Positions 16,709 to 27,110 of a stretch of DNA of 64,000 nt are shown here, piece by piece. The stretch lies in NCBI GenBank assembly GCA_903857825.1, contig CAIOGI010000010.1, forward strand, positions 46,542-110,541, in the 5' to 3' direction. The position numbers were made by a program, and so were the translations under genes. Under the pieces are notes generated by a model. That model made no database searches. It was given only the letters and a program-made list of their open reading frames with translations, and had not been told where the DNA came from. Position 1 is the stretch's first letter, and each line of letters opens with the position of its first letter. This DNA is from Candidatus Tayloriibacteriota bacterium (GTDB lineage Bacteria; Patescibacteriota; Minisyncoccia; Phycocordibacterales; PALSA-1337).

Positions 16709-18067
16709 CTATTTATAGTCAATCGTAATATTGTCTGATGAATTTGGAAAACTACGCATCCAGAAGGGTGTGAGTAGAACTTTGACATATTTTATTGACG
16801 GATCATCTTTAATAACAGAGTCAACTTCCTTTAATTTAAGGCCAAGAAGCTTGTTCTTTAGTGTATCTTCTTTAATTATTCCAATTACATTGGCAGGGCC
16901 AGTAAGAGTAAAGCTTAGTGCTGTACCTTTCTTAGCAGAAAAGTCTTTTGTGTTTATTATTGTAAACTTTAGTGACTCCAGACCCTCTATTTTATAATCA
17001 ATTAAACCACTTGTCTGTATCTCTTTTTTAGCAATATAGTTTATTAAGGATTTAGTATTAAATACTACAGCATAAAGAGTACCTTTTGATCCTATATCTG
17101 CAGTATTATCTTGAGCTGTACTTGTTGATGTTTGCAGATACTCAATATTATATGCATTATCAAACATTACAAAACCACTCGGGATTATTGTCTTGATCTT
17201 ATTCAACAACATGGTTTTTAAAGTATTTTCTACTTCTACCATTGTTGATTTTGCTAATTCAGGAGAAATAGTTTTCTTTTTTCCTGAATATCCTCCAATT
17301 ATATCAGTTTTTAATTTTGCGCTAAAAGTATCGTACTTGCTTGTCCCTTTGTATCCTATAAATTTATATGTATCACCTGTGGATACTTTGGCATTATATT
17401 GTTCACCATATTGGTCAGCAATAACTACGACAGAAATTGCTCCTGGAGTTACTTTACCTTGTATTGTTTTCTTACCTGGTATGGTAACTGATGTTAGTGT
17501 TTTATATATGAGTCCATTGCTCGATGACAATCTCGATCCAGCTACAATCTTTTGAGTGGTTGTGCTGTATGAATTGTACAATATAACAGTTCCTTTGGCT
17601 TTTGTTTGTACTAATGCACCATCTACAGCTGGTATTTTCTTATGGAATTCATCAGTTATCGTTATTACCTGATATCCTAGTAAATCTGTATTATTTATGT
17701 CTTTTTTTGCAATAAATTTGCCATCAATATTTAAACTTAACTTTTCTGAAGTTATTGTCACTATAGCTTTAGAATATATAAGTGACAGAGCAAACCCAAT
17801 CATTACAATACATGCTAAGATTCCAAGAAAAATAAATAATTTTTTGAATCTTTTAAGAGGTTTTTCAGAGGACTTTTCTCTTGCTAATGGCTTTAAGCTA
17901 GATATTTTTACTTTTTCCTCTTTACTTAACTCTATTTCATCAAGAGTATCGTCCTCTATCTCGTGTTTTTTTATTTTTTTTCTATCTTCTGTATTCGTCA
18001 ATGGAACCAATCTTATCGATCGTCTTGATGAAGGAATAATATCTTGTACAACTCTTTTTGGTACCAT
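16709..18067 (-). CDS. conserved CPR-type single-TM protein (baseplate-J-like extracellular region)
   Basis: Charged N-terminus, one TM, KAKGTVILYN...IPG...GEQYN...GG pattern. Confidence 0.7.
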   Translation of the reverse strand: MVPKRVVQDIIPSSRRSIRLVPLTNTEDRKKIKKHEIEDDTLDEIELSKEEKVKISSLKPLAREKSSEKPLKRFKKLFIFLGILACIVMIGFALSLIYSKAIVTITSEKLSLNIDGKFIAKKDINNTDLLGYQVITITDEFHKKIPAVDGALVQTKAKGTVILYNSYSTTTQKIVAGSRLSSSNGLIYKTLTSVTIPGKKTIQGKVTPGAISVVVIADQYGEQYNAKVSTGDTYKFIGYKGTSKYDTFSAKLKTDIIGGYSGKKKTISPELAKSTMVEVENTLKTMLLNKIKTIIPSGFVMFDNAYNIEYLQTSTSTAQDNTADIGSKGTLYAVVFNTKSLINYIAKKEIQTSGLIDYKIEGLESLKFTIINTKDFSAKKGTALSFTLTGPANVIGIIKEDTLKNKLLGLKLKEVDSVIKDDPSIKYVKVLLTPFWMRSFPNSSDNITIDYK

Positions 18068-18076
18068 ATTATTTTA

Positions 18077-19228
18077 TTATATCATACCATCTAGTGCGTA
18101 CGCATACATTTCTATTAATTGATTTTTATCTGAGGTCTTTTCATAAGATATAGCTGAATTAATTTTCTCAATTGCGAAATCAGTTATTCGTATTTCGTAT
18201 CCAATTTTAGTGTTTAATATATCTTTATATATTTCTATATGACTGTGTGTTGATAGGAAATAGATTCTAGGTATGTTAGTTGCTATATCTGCCACCTCTA
18301 ATGTCTTTTTGTACTGTGAAAACCATTCTTCTGAATAATCTCCTATTATCCTTCCTATTTTTTTCTCTTCTAAGCTTTCTAGTTTTTTCCCTTGATACAA
18401 AGAGATCATCGAGTCTGTAACTGTATCATTCTGAGTCATTCTTCTTGATATTTTTCTAATAAGATTTGCTGTACCGATGGGAAAAGATGAAAAATGTGAA
18501 CAAAGACCTTTCTGAACAACGATTATATCTGTTAGTTCACTATGTACATGCATATAAACATAATTATTTATATCAGGCATTATTTTCCTTAAGGCAATAT
18601 AATTGAGAAGCAAGCCTGAACTGAACTTTATTTCTTTTGCTTTGATAAATCTACTTATAACCTTATTGAGTCTATTCAATATAATCTTTGAACTTAATGT
18701 CATAGAGAATGAAACTTCAATATCTCTAGCTTTTTTACCAATATAATCACTTATCTCATATCCATTGAGCTTAACATCAAAAACTTTTTGTTCTATGTAT
18801 TGTAGATCAGAATAAATATTTTCGGTTGTATCAATATCTGATTTTTTATATATATCTTCTAGCTTATTTCTTTCATCATCTATTATTTTTAATACCATTT
18901 CTTCTGTGACTTCTTTCTCGTCAGTAAAATCAATTTTTATAGTTTTGGAATGAGATAGTATCCATGGTGATGATAATATTATATTGATTGATTCCACATG
19001 ATTTGTCTCAGTAAGCATGTGCATTATCTCAGAAAATGTTTTGAGCATCATCTTATTCAAATAATGACTATTGGTATGATTCTTTCTTGGAATATCTCTT
19101 GTGATTAGTTTTGAAATAACTGGATTGCTATTTTCTTTCTGAGATATGAGACATCCTCTAATAAGTCCACTTTGAATATCAATAAGTAGTGAAGTCTTTT
19201 CTTTTTCTTTTTTAAAGAATGAGAACAT
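18077..19228 (-). CDS. FtsA/PilM-like actin-fold hypothetical protein
   Basis: LLIDIQSGLIRG and MHVHSELTDI...SFPIG degenerate actin-fold motifs. Confidence 0.6.
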   Translation of the reverse strand: MFSFFKKEKEKTSLLIDIQSGLIRGCLISQKENSNPVISKLITRDIPRKNHTNSHYLNKMMLKTFSEIMHMLTETNHVESINIILSSPWILSHSKTIKIDFTDEKEVTEEMVLKIIDDERNKLEDIYKKSDIDTTENIYSDLQYIEQKVFDVKLNGYEISDYIGKKARDIEVSFSMTLSSKIILNRLNKVISRFIKAKEIKFSSGLLLNYIALRKIMPDINNYVYMHVHSELTDIIVVQKGLCSHFSSFPIGTANLIRKISRRMTQNDTVTDSMISLYQGKKLESLEEKKIGRIIGDYSEEWFSQYKKTLEVADIATNIPRIYFLSTHSHIEIYKDILNTKIGYEIRITDFAIEKINSAISYEKTSDKNQLIEMYAYALDGMI

Positions 19229-19231
19229 GAT

Positions 19232-19286
19232 AAATTATTATACCACAAGGGTACTTCTATTTCACTAATTCGCTGGGTACAGCTCA
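19232..19286 (-). repeat. 55-bp element, copy 1 (contains extended -10 TGgTATAAT)
   Basis: 52/55 identical to 28383-28437; 3 nt before the ATG in both copies. Confidence 0.9.
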
Positions 19287-19337
19287 TGTGAAATAAGTCG
19301 TACCATCAATATTTGTTTTATGTTTGTTGGGCTGTTG

Positions 19338-19369
19338 AAAAAAAAGAAACGTAGCGGGGGGCTACGTTT
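19338..19369 (-). terminator. rho-independent terminator
   Basis: AAACGTAGC/GCTACGTTT stem with a U-tract on the minus strand. Confidence 0.75.
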
Positions 19370-19496
19370 AGATACCGAGGATGGTGCGCTTGATACCATC
19401 CTTCACTGATACTCCGACTGCCATAAGAATAGCTCTTAGTACCATGAAGGCATGACCAAACACAACCAATGCATTGACAAAATTATTGTTTTTCAT
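19368..19496 (-). CDS. unannotated 42-aa microprotein (MKNNNFVNALVVFGHAFMVLRAILMAVGVSVKDGIKRTILGI)
   Basis: ATG 19496 to TAA 19368; stop embedded in the terminator stem; hydrophobic core. Confidence 0.5.
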   Translation of the reverse strand: MKNNNFVNALVVFGHAFMVLRAILMAVGVSVKDGIKRTILGI

Positions 19497-19543
19497 TGTG
19501 TGCTATTAATATTTTTATCACAAATATGTCACATTTACAAGTA

Positions 19544-21340
19544 CTATTGAAGCACTCCCTTTATTCTCCTCACTCCTTGAGATGAAGCTTCCTCCTTTTG
19601 GATTTTAAACATGGCCTTCCCTTCTGGACCAGCTAATTCTGAAGTGTTTTTCACATGAGGTCCTCCACAAAATTCTTTTGAAAATGCATTTTCTAAAGTG
19701 TCACCAATATAGTAAATAGAAATTTCATCACCATACTTTTCACCAAAGAAATGTCTAGCACCAGTTTTTTCTGCTTCTACTCTAGGCATTAATACCTGAT
19801 TTACAGGCAAAGCCTTCTTGATTTGCTCATTTACAATTTCTTCAACATTTTTCTTCTGCTCATCAGTCATCTTTGAATCATAGGAAAAGTCGAAGCGAAG
19901 ACGTTCAGGTGTAATATTTGATCCTTTTTGACCAACTCCATCACCAAGCACAATGTGCAATGCTTGATGCAATAAGTGAGTAGCTGTGTGGTATTTAATA
20001 ACCATAGGATCATTGGCGTCTGCTAAACCACCTTTGAACTTCTGTTCTGCGCCCGTACGAGAAAGCTCCTGATGCTTCTTGAACTCCTCATTGAACTTAT
20101 CCACATCTATCTTTATTCCCTTTTCCTTGGCGAGTTCTAGAGTAAGCTCAATTGGAAAACCATAACTTGAAAACAAGACGAAAGCATCTGTTCCTTTTTC
20201 AAATTCTTTTAAACCTTTTTCTAATGTTTTTCTGAATCTTTCTTCTTCAAGATTTATCTCATTTTTTATTATCTCAAGCTTTTCTGCAATATTTGGATAT
20301 ATTTCTTTATAGACTTCTGCGTAGATACTTACAAGTTCCTTCAATGTAAACTCGGCCATTTGCATGCCGTTAGCATTTACTATTGCTTTTCTCAATAGTC
20401 GTCGCAAAATGTAACCTCTGTCAGTATTACTTGGAATAACTCCATCACCAATCAAAAATATTGATGAACGAATATGGTCTGCGACTATCCTTGCTGATTT
20501 TAAATTCCAATTTTTAGATAATTCCTTGATCTTGTTCATTGCAGTCATGTGCAGATCAGTATCATAAATATTATCCACACCCTGAAGTGTCATGAGTAAA
20601 CGCTCAAGTCCAGCTCCAGTATCCACAGAAGGCTTTGGTAATTTACCAACTATCTTTCCATCTACTTTCGCGTATTGCATAAACACATCATTCCACACCT
20701 CTAGAACATCTCTAACATCATCTGCCTTAACAAATTCTTCATGTGTAAGACCTCTCCCATTAAATTTATTCAGTACGTCATAAAACATTTCAGAATCTGG
20801 ACCACATGGACCATTATCACCTGCTTGCCACCAATTATTCTCTGCTGGTAAATAGAAAATTCTATTACCTTCAATTTTATTTTTATCAAAAATTTCCTGC
20901 CATATCTTAGCAGCCTCCTCATCTCTTGGTGCCACATCATCACCTTCAAATACAGTTACGTGGAGACGCTTTGGATCTAAACCGAGTCCTTCACTTTTAT
21001 CAGTTAAAAATTCATAACTCCAATTTATCGCTTCTTTCTTGAAATAATCTCCAAGTGACCAGTTACCCAACATCTCAAAAAACGTCGCATGAGTATTATC
21101 ACCTATACCATCAAAATCAACTGTTCTAAGGCATTTTTGAACGTCTGCAAGGCGTGTACCCTGTGGATGTGGTTCCCCGAGAAGATATGGTATCAATGGC
21201 TGCATCCCTGCAGTATTAAAAAGTGTAGAGTTTGTAACTCCTTTACTATCAGGTGTCACAAGAGAAGCGGAAGGAATGATGACATGTCCCCTTTTCTCAA
21301 AAAACTTTAAAAACCTTGATCTAATATCTGATGATTTCAT
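19544..21340 (-). CDS. alaS: alanyl-tRNA synthetase (no C-Ala domain)
   Basis: LFNTAGMQP, HATFFEMLGNWSLGDYFK, HTATHLLH and EFCGGPHV editing motifs. Confidence 0.97.
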   Translation of the reverse strand: MKSSDIRSRFLKFFEKRGHVIIPSASLVTPDSKGVTNSTLFNTAGMQPLIPYLLGEPHPQGTRLADVQKCLRTVDFDGIGDNTHATFFEMLGNWSLGDYFKKEAINWSYEFLTDKSEGLGLDPKRLHVTVFEGDDVAPRDEEAAKIWQEIFDKNKIEGNRIFYLPAENNWWQAGDNGPCGPDSEMFYDVLNKFNGRGLTHEEFVKADDVRDVLEVWNDVFMQYAKVDGKIVGKLPKPSVDTGAGLERLLMTLQGVDNIYDTDLHMTAMNKIKELSKNWNLKSARIVADHIRSSIFLIGDGVIPSNTDRGYILRRLLRKAIVNANGMQMAEFTLKELVSIYAEVYKEIYPNIAEKLEIIKNEINLEEERFRKTLEKGLKEFEKGTDAFVLFSSYGFPIELTLELAKEKGIKIDVDKFNEEFKKHQELSRTGAEQKFKGGLADANDPMVIKYHTATHLLHQALHIVLGDGVGQKGSNITPERLRFDFSYDSKMTDEQKKNVEEIVNEQIKKALPVNQVLMPRVEAEKTGARHFFGEKYGDEISIYYIGDTLENAFSKEFCGGPHVKNTSELAGPEGKAMFKIQKEEASSQGVRRIKGVLQ

Positions 21341-21374
21341 GGAAAGCAGTTTAGCATATTTGCTTAATAATTTC

Positions 21375-23150
21375 CTATTTTATCAACCTCTCCAGCCTCT
21401 TTATATCCTCAGCAATTTGGTCGATTCCTTCCTGGAAAAGCTGTCCCGAAGTAACGTCTATGCCTATTTCTTTTAATATGTTCTCAGGTGTGTCCTTTCC
21501 GCCAGCTGAAAGGAATTTTTCGATTGATTTTATGAAGCCCTTGTCCTTCTTGTATCTTCTAAGAAGAGCTTTACTTACTAATTGTCCATACGCATATGAA
21601 TACACGTAAAAGAATTGTCTAATGTGCCACCATTGAACGAAAGAATATCCATCGTCATGATTCATCTTAAATACTGGTCCAAGATATGCCTTCATGTTCT
21701 TGTTGTGTAAGTCAGCCAATTCTTCCTTTGAAATATATCCATTTTTTCTAACTATATTATGTATATCGTTTTCAAAGTTAAAACATGCAACTTGTCTAAA
21801 TATCGTAGAAATATCATCATCAATTTGATTGTGAAGTGCAATAACTCTCTGTTTTTCTGGAAGACTTTCCACAATTTCTTCGAATGCCAGTGATTCAAAA
21901 AATGTACTTGCCGTTTCTGCAAGTGAGAAAGAGTAGGACGAATATATCGGTCCTTGTGGTTTTGATAGCTCAGTATGAAATGCATGTCCCATTTCATGAG
22001 CGATGGTCAAGTAGCTATGCAAACTATTGGTATGATTCAACAAGACAAAGGTTGGGGTTTGGAATGTTCCCCAACAATACGCACCACCCATCTTTCCTTT
22101 CTTTGCATACACATCGATTTGTCCATTTTTAATATAGTTTTTCAATATTTCTGAATATTTGCTGTCAAAATTACCAAAAGTTTTAGTCAGTGATTTTATT
22201 GAGCTTTCAAAGGGAAAATCACCATTCACTTTTGCATACTTTGCACTTCTGTCTGAGTAGCTCAGCGTTTTAAGTTTAAGAAGCTTGGCCTTTAACTTAT
22301 AAAATTTTTGTGGGACATTAAAACTTTTTGTAACTATTTCAACAAGTTTTTCTACCGTTTTTGGATCGTTGCGATATCTCCTAATAGTATCATCATACGG
22401 CCTAGTATATCCTCTTAACTCATCATCAATCTTTTTATTTGTCACTAGGGCATTCATTTCAGCCTCTGAAAACACTGAAATCTTTTTCAGTTCAGTAGCA
22501 ATAAGTCCCGATAGGCTATCTCTGTTTTTTTTATTACTCTCTCCAACCATGCCTTGTGCCTGTGCAAGTGGTATATCCTTACCTTTCCATTTAATGGTAA
22601 CTGAGGTTAGTATTTTATTGTGTCCGATATCCCACATTTGTGATGCAGGAAGGCTTTTCAAGTTCATTATTCTCTCCTCAGCTTCAGAAAGATTGTACTT
22701 TGCATCAGAAAACACACAAGTCAAAAAGAATTTATATTTTGCTAATTGAGGATCACTTAAAAATTCGCTCTGCTTGTTAATTGAAATTTTGCCAAGATCG
22801 ATATAATAAAATGCGAGCTTGTTTAATGCTTTAGTTGCTCTGTTATTCATCAAGTTCAAAAGTGATTGGGCCTTAATATTTGAACTGTCTTTGTGAATAG
22901 TGAAAGTCAAGAACATGATGGGTTTTGGTGTAAGTAGTCCATCAATTCCATCAATATAGAAAAACTTCTCTAGTGACTCAACAAGCTCCTTCTTGTCAGT
23001 TAAAAACTTTCTATCCGCAGTCGCATACTTTTTATTAAAATCTTCACAAAGATTTTCAAGACTCGTCATGTCCTTCTCGATTTGTTTGTCGTTTATTGAT
23101 GAATACAATAACCCTAGATTCCACTCATTCTTTTTAAATTTATTAGTCAT
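21375..23150 (-). CDS. pepF: M3-family oligoendopeptidase F
   Basis: HEMGH zinc motif, GKMGGAYC, LAETASTFFE, FYVYSYAYG. Confidence 0.9.
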   Translation of the reverse strand: MTNKFKKNEWNLGLLYSSINDKQIEKDMTSLENLCEDFNKKYATADRKFLTDKKELVESLEKFFYIDGIDGLLTPKPIMFLTFTIHKDSSNIKAQSLLNLMNNRATKALNKLAFYYIDLGKISINKQSEFLSDPQLAKYKFFLTCVFSDAKYNLSEAEERIMNLKSLPASQMWDIGHNKILTSVTIKWKGKDIPLAQAQGMVGESNKKNRDSLSGLIATELKKISVFSEAEMNALVTNKKIDDELRGYTRPYDDTIRRYRNDPKTVEKLVEIVTKSFNVPQKFYKLKAKLLKLKTLSYSDRSAKYAKVNGDFPFESSIKSLTKTFGNFDSKYSEILKNYIKNGQIDVYAKKGKMGGAYCWGTFQTPTFVLLNHTNSLHSYLTIAHEMGHAFHTELSKPQGPIYSSYSFSLAETASTFFESLAFEEIVESLPEKQRVIALHNQIDDDISTIFRQVACFNFENDIHNIVRKNGYISKEELADLHNKNMKAYLGPVFKMNHDDGYSFVQWWHIRQFFYVYSYAYGQLVSKALLRRYKKDKGFIKSIEKFLSAGGKDTPENILKEIGIDVTSGQLFQEGIDQIAEDIKRLERLIK

Positions 23151-23155
23151 ATTTA

Positions 23156-23656
23156 TTATCTTAAATTTAATGCTTTTATTAAAAGTTCCTTTGATAAATA
23201 CTTTTTTTCAATTCCCCATCTTTCACAATTTTCATTTTCCCACCTTGCACTTGTTGATGATTCCCAATTATGGATAAAGTGAAGGACTTTAACCTTACCA
23301 CTTGAAAATAGCGGTTCATAAAAGTCATCAAGTATTGGTCTACAATATTTCTCGTTTGGATTATTCTTGAACCATTCCTTATACAATTTAACCATTTTCT
23401 CCTCGAAAGGCATTTGGCTAAAAATATTAATCCCTTGATCCTTTATTAGTATTTCTATAATATTTGCAAATACTTTTCCATTACCCTCGACGGTTCCGAC
23501 TCCTCCTGTTGATATAGGACCAGAAACCATATGTGCGTCTCCAGTCATCCTAGAAATAATCGCTAAGGCTATATTTACCAATTGCTTAAAATCAGTAGCG
23601 TCATCGAGGGCCTTTTTATCTTCCATATTCCATAATTTCCATTGTATTTCATTCAT
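23156..23656 (-). CDS. conserved hypothetical protein (nucleoside deoxyribosyltransferase/DUF4406-like)
   Basis: VSGPISTGG...FSQMPFE...WESSTSARWE. Confidence 0.65.
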   Translation of the reverse strand: MNEIQWKLWNMEDKKALDDATDFKQLVNIALAIISRMTGDAHMVSGPISTGGVGTVEGNGKVFANIIEILIKDQGINIFSQMPFEEKMVKLYKEWFKNNPNEKYCRPILDDFYEPLFSSGKVKVLHFIHNWESSTSARWENENCERWGIEKKYLSKELLIKALNLR

Positions 23657-23662
23657 AAAGTT

Positions 23663-24508
23663 TTATACTTGCAATCCGCAAACCTCCTGTATTTCTGCAA
23701 TGACAGCTTTCTCTTCTACTTCCCCCATTCCAATCTCCTTTAATAGGGATAGACTTTTGTAAATATCTGTACACAAAACAACTCCTTTATTTAGTAATGC
23801 TCTTTTGTGCTGATTAGACAATGTCATCAAACAAGTAAATGGGTGTAGTCTATGTTCCTCTATAATGTCTTGCAAATTACCTTTTGCTGGATAATTCCAT
23901 CCGATCATCTTTATCCCCTGACACTCTCCATAGCGAATAGCTTGCTCTGTGAACTTTGTATTCGTGATTATCCATCCTTCGTCAAGCCTCCTCACTATTC
24001 CTCCATAATTAAACATATTTCCTCGTAGGTCATCGAAACGAGCTTTCATATATAATGCAACTTTCACATCTGATTTCATACCAAGCTCATTATGAAATTT
24101 TGCCTCTGCCATCATGAGTTTGTCCTTATTCCACGCCACAACATCTACCTCATGAGTAACACAAGCTCCTAGTATGGTTTGATCAGTTAAAGTCTCGTAT
24201 CCCCATGATTGAAATATTCTGGCTACATATTTTTCAAAAGGGAAACCATCTGGCCCAAGTTCTGAAAGGGCTCGGCGAAGTGAATACTTGATAGCCATTG
24301 GCATTGAGTGCTTTCTAAGTAAAGTAAAAGCATGCCCATATATCTCGCTTGTAGGCATACCGTCTTTCATTTCAGACTCAACTTTAGTCAAAATTTGCTC
24401 GATAATTTCCTCACTTCCGCCTGCATTTTGAAGCGATTCTATAAGCTTACTCTCTTCGAAAAGCTCTCTTGTTCCATCAGCTTTTGTTATTGTTATTAAA
24501 TGATTCAT
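23663..24508 (-). CDS. ATP-cone + Mrr-like restriction-endonuclease-fold protein
   Basis: ITKADGTRELFEESK (ATP cone); GFPFEKYV...HEVDV...EAKFHN (PD-D/ExK); start MNHLIT. Confidence 0.85.
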   Translation of the reverse strand: MNHLITITKADGTRELFEESKLIESLQNAGGSEEIIEQILTKVESEMKDGMPTSEIYGHAFTLLRKHSMPMAIKYSLRRALSELGPDGFPFEKYVARIFQSWGYETLTDQTILGACVTHEVDVVAWNKDKLMMAEAKFHNELGMKSDVKVALYMKARFDDLRGNMFNYGGIVRRLDEGWIITNTKFTEQAIRYGECQGIKMIGWNYPAKGNLQDIIEEHRLHPFTCLMTLSNQHKRALLNKGVVLCTDIYKSLSLLKEIGMGEVEEKAVIAEIQEVCGLQV

Positions 24509-24536
24509 ACTTAGTATATTAGATGTAATAGTATAT

Positions 24537-24980
24537 CTATGCAAATCGTGATTCAAGACGTATTACTCTCTTTTTTACATCCAAAAGCTCAGTTTTATCT
24601 GCTTTCTCCTTTAATGTTTCTTTGATATTTAAAACATCTCCGCCTATTAATGTCAGCTTATGATCCATCTTTGAAAAGTCAATTTGTAGACTAGAAACTT
24701 TTTCATCTATAGAAGCAACGTGATCACATACGCCCCTTATCTTTTCATTAAAACCAGAAGTAAGGTCAGTTACATGTCGCTTAAAGTCTGTCTCCATTAA
24801 TTCAAGATCAGCTTTTGTTGCGTACTTTTTATCAGCATCATCAAATCTCTTATCGACTTGTTCAAATCTCTTATCTATATGCTTTCTAAACTCTTTAAAA
24901 TATGCCGGTTCATAATTCTCGATTTTATTATCGATATGCTTTCTAAACTCTTTGAAATATAGTGGTTCTTTTTCTGGCAT
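24537..24980 (-). CDS. coiled-coil protein with internal tandem repeats
   Basis: EPxYFKEFRKHID x2, DKRF x2, YATKADL. Confidence 0.7.
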   Translation of the reverse strand: MPEKEPLYFKEFRKHIDNKIENYEPAYFKEFRKHIDKRFEQVDKRFDDADKKYATKADLELMETDFKRHVTDLTSGFNEKIRGVCDHVASIDEKVSSLQIDFSKMDHKLTLIGGDVLNIKETLKEKADKTELLDVKKRVIRLESRFA

Positions 24981-25096
24981 AATATATTATTTGTTAATAT
25001 TTATTAATGATTAGTTGTAATTTATAAAAGAAATTATACTCCTCCAAATATGCTTGTGAAGTTCCAAAAGATAATTTTTTGTGTTGTACTTATTAA

Positions 25097-26149
25097 TTAG
25101 ACAATAATTCCTCCACCAAGACAAATATCTCCATCATAGACCACCAATGACTGCCCAGGGGATAGCGTATATTGTGGTTTAGAAAAAGTAACTTTATTGT
25201 CGACAGAAATAGTAATTTCTTGCAATTCCTCTCTGTATCGTGAACGAGCCCTTAACAACAATCCAGAGGGCACACTTCCTTGATTCCAATTTACGTCTTT
25301 CAATTCAATTTCATTTTTTGCACATGGCAAATACCCTTCTATATCTTTATTCGCGACCGTTATTGTATTTTTATCAATATCTTTGGAAACTATATAATAC
25401 GGTTCCTCATTTGGAGTTTTCTTTGTTATATTGAACCCATGTCTTTCACCAATAGTAAAGAAATATGAGCCATTATGTTCTCCAATAATCTCACCCGCCT
25501 CATTTAGCACATCTCCCATTTTGTGATCAATATAATGTGACAGAAATTCCTTTACATCAATTTTTCCAATAAAGCAGAGACCTTGGCTATCTTTTTTTTC
25601 TGCTGTTGGAAGACCAAATTTCTTGGCAAGCTTTCGAACTTCAGGTTTAATAATATTCCCAATAGGAAAAAGTGTTTTAGAGATTTGCTCGGCAGTTAAT
25701 GTCCAAAGAAAATATGACTGGTCTTTATTCTTATCATGTCCTGCTATTAATCTACCATTTTTAATCTGAGCGTAATGTCCTGTAGCCACAAAGTCAGCAC
25801 CATTTTTCATTGCCCAATCATAAAAGCCGCCAAACTTTACATGACGATTACACATAACATCAGGATTTGGAGTCTTACCAGCTTTATATTCTCTTATCAT
25901 ATAATCGACAACCTCTTCTTTGTATTCCTTTTCTAAATCAAGTGTTATAAATGGAATATCAAGCTTTGCAGCGACTCTCATTGCATCTATCCTTTCTTCT
26001 TTCCATGTGCATTTTATCCAATCAGGTTGCCATACCTTTATAAATACACCAGTTACATCATAACCAGCCCTTATTAATAAGGCGGCAGAAACTGAGCTAT
26101 CTACTCCGCCTGACATGCCTATATATACTTTTTTATTTTTATTAATCAC
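25097..26149 (-). CDS. mnmA: tRNA-specific 2-thiouridylase
   Basis: GMSGGVDSSV, TPNPDVMCN, ATGHYA, KKDSQGLCF. Confidence 0.98.
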   Translation of the reverse strand: MINKNKKVYIGMSGGVDSSVSAALLIRAGYDVTGVFIKVWQPDWIKCTWKEERIDAMRVAAKLDIPFITLDLEKEYKEEVVDYMIREYKAGKTPNPDVMCNRHVKFGGFYDWAMKNGADFVATGHYAQIKNGRLIAGHDKNKDQSYFLWTLTAEQISKTLFPIGNIIKPEVRKLAKKFGLPTAEKKDSQGLCFIGKIDVKEFLSHYIDHKMGDVLNEAGEIIGEHNGSYFFTIGERHGFNITKKTPNEEPYYIVSKDIDKNTITVANKDIEGYLPCAKNEIELKDVNWNQGSVPSGLLLRARSRYREELQEITISVDNKVTFSKPQYTLSPGQSLVVYDGDICLGGGIIV

Positions 26150-26150
26150 C

Positions 26151-27107
26151 TTAATTCAAATATATATTTTTATTTTGAATATGTCCATCATACGTAGAAG
26201 CATATCTCATCTTGCCATCTTTACCTGTTAAATAAAAATAATATTTTGTTTTTACAGGATTGATAGCGGCCATTATAGATTCGAGTCCAGGATTGCTAAT
26301 AGGCCCCTTGGTTAAACCTTTATAGAGGTAAGTATTGTAAGGTGAATCAATTTTTAAATCATCAAGTGTAAATGAACCTTTCTTTGCTGTTAAGTAATAA
26401 AATGGAGCATCTACTTGTAATAACATATTATCGTCCAATCTTTTCCACAAGATACCTGCTACTATCTTTTTATCTTCCAATCCCCTGGCTTCTTCTTCTA
26501 CTATCGATGCCATTATTATTATATCTTTTAATGTTCTACCTCCTGGCTTTGTATCTAGAGTTAATGTACTAATTTTTTTGTCGAAATTTGCACGCATTTC
26601 TTTTATTATTGCTTCAGGCTTTGTATTTGAAAAAAAGAAATAAGTATCTGGGAATAGGTAGCCCTCTTCTCTTAATGCTAAAGCAACAAATTTAGGAGCA
26701 TTAAAATTTGTAAGTTTAGTTAAATATATATATGCCATATCATACACATTTGTACCTTCTGGAATAGTAATTTTAACTTTAGGTAATCCATGCTGACCGG
26801 CAGTTAACCTACTTGCTATAGTAAACGCGTTCTGTCCTTCCGTAAATCGATAATCTCCAGCAAATATTCCATCTCCCCCTCCAAATATTACTATCAAAAC
26901 TTTAAATAAAAAGGGTGAGCTAATTATCCTTTTTGATTCTAGTTTATTACTTATATTGTCTAATGAACTACTTAGTGGAATATTGATATCAAATTGTCCA
27001 ATTGGAAAATTCTTTGGCACACGACTTGCTGCTACTATCATACCTATTAATGTAATTAAAAAAAAGAAACCTAAACCAAATATGAATTTTTTTGTAGAAA
27101 TCGTCAT
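26151..27107 (-). CDS. mltG: endolytic transglycosylase MltG (YceG)
   Basis: N-terminal TM, TIPEG, EGYLFPDTY, ASIVEEEA, SPYNTY. Confidence 0.95.
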   Translation of the reverse strand: MTISTKKFIFGLGFFFLITLIGMIVAASRVPKNFPIGQFDINIPLSSSLDNISNKLESKRIISSPFLFKVLIVIFGGGDGIFAGDYRFTEGQNAFTIASRLTAGQHGLPKVKITIPEGTNVYDMAYIYLTKLTNFNAPKFVALALREEGYLFPDTYFFFSNTKPEAIIKEMRANFDKKISTLTLDTKPGGRTLKDIIIMASIVEEEARGLEDKKIVAGILWKRLDDNMLLQVDAPFYYLTAKKGSFTLDDLKIDSPYNTYLYKGLTKGPISNPGLESIMAAINPVKTKYYFYLTGKDGKMRYASTYDGHIQNKNIYLN

Positions 27108-27110
27108 GTA

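Noticed and set aside
16709-18067. Prophage or contractile-system interpretation of the baseplate-J-like gene
   Set aside because: No other phage structural genes nearby; it sits among core genes
19544-21340. AlaRS, AspRS and DnaJ shorter than E. coli versions as possible pseudogenes
   Set aside because: Frames and catalytic motifs are intact; domain-reduced forms are normal in reduced genomes
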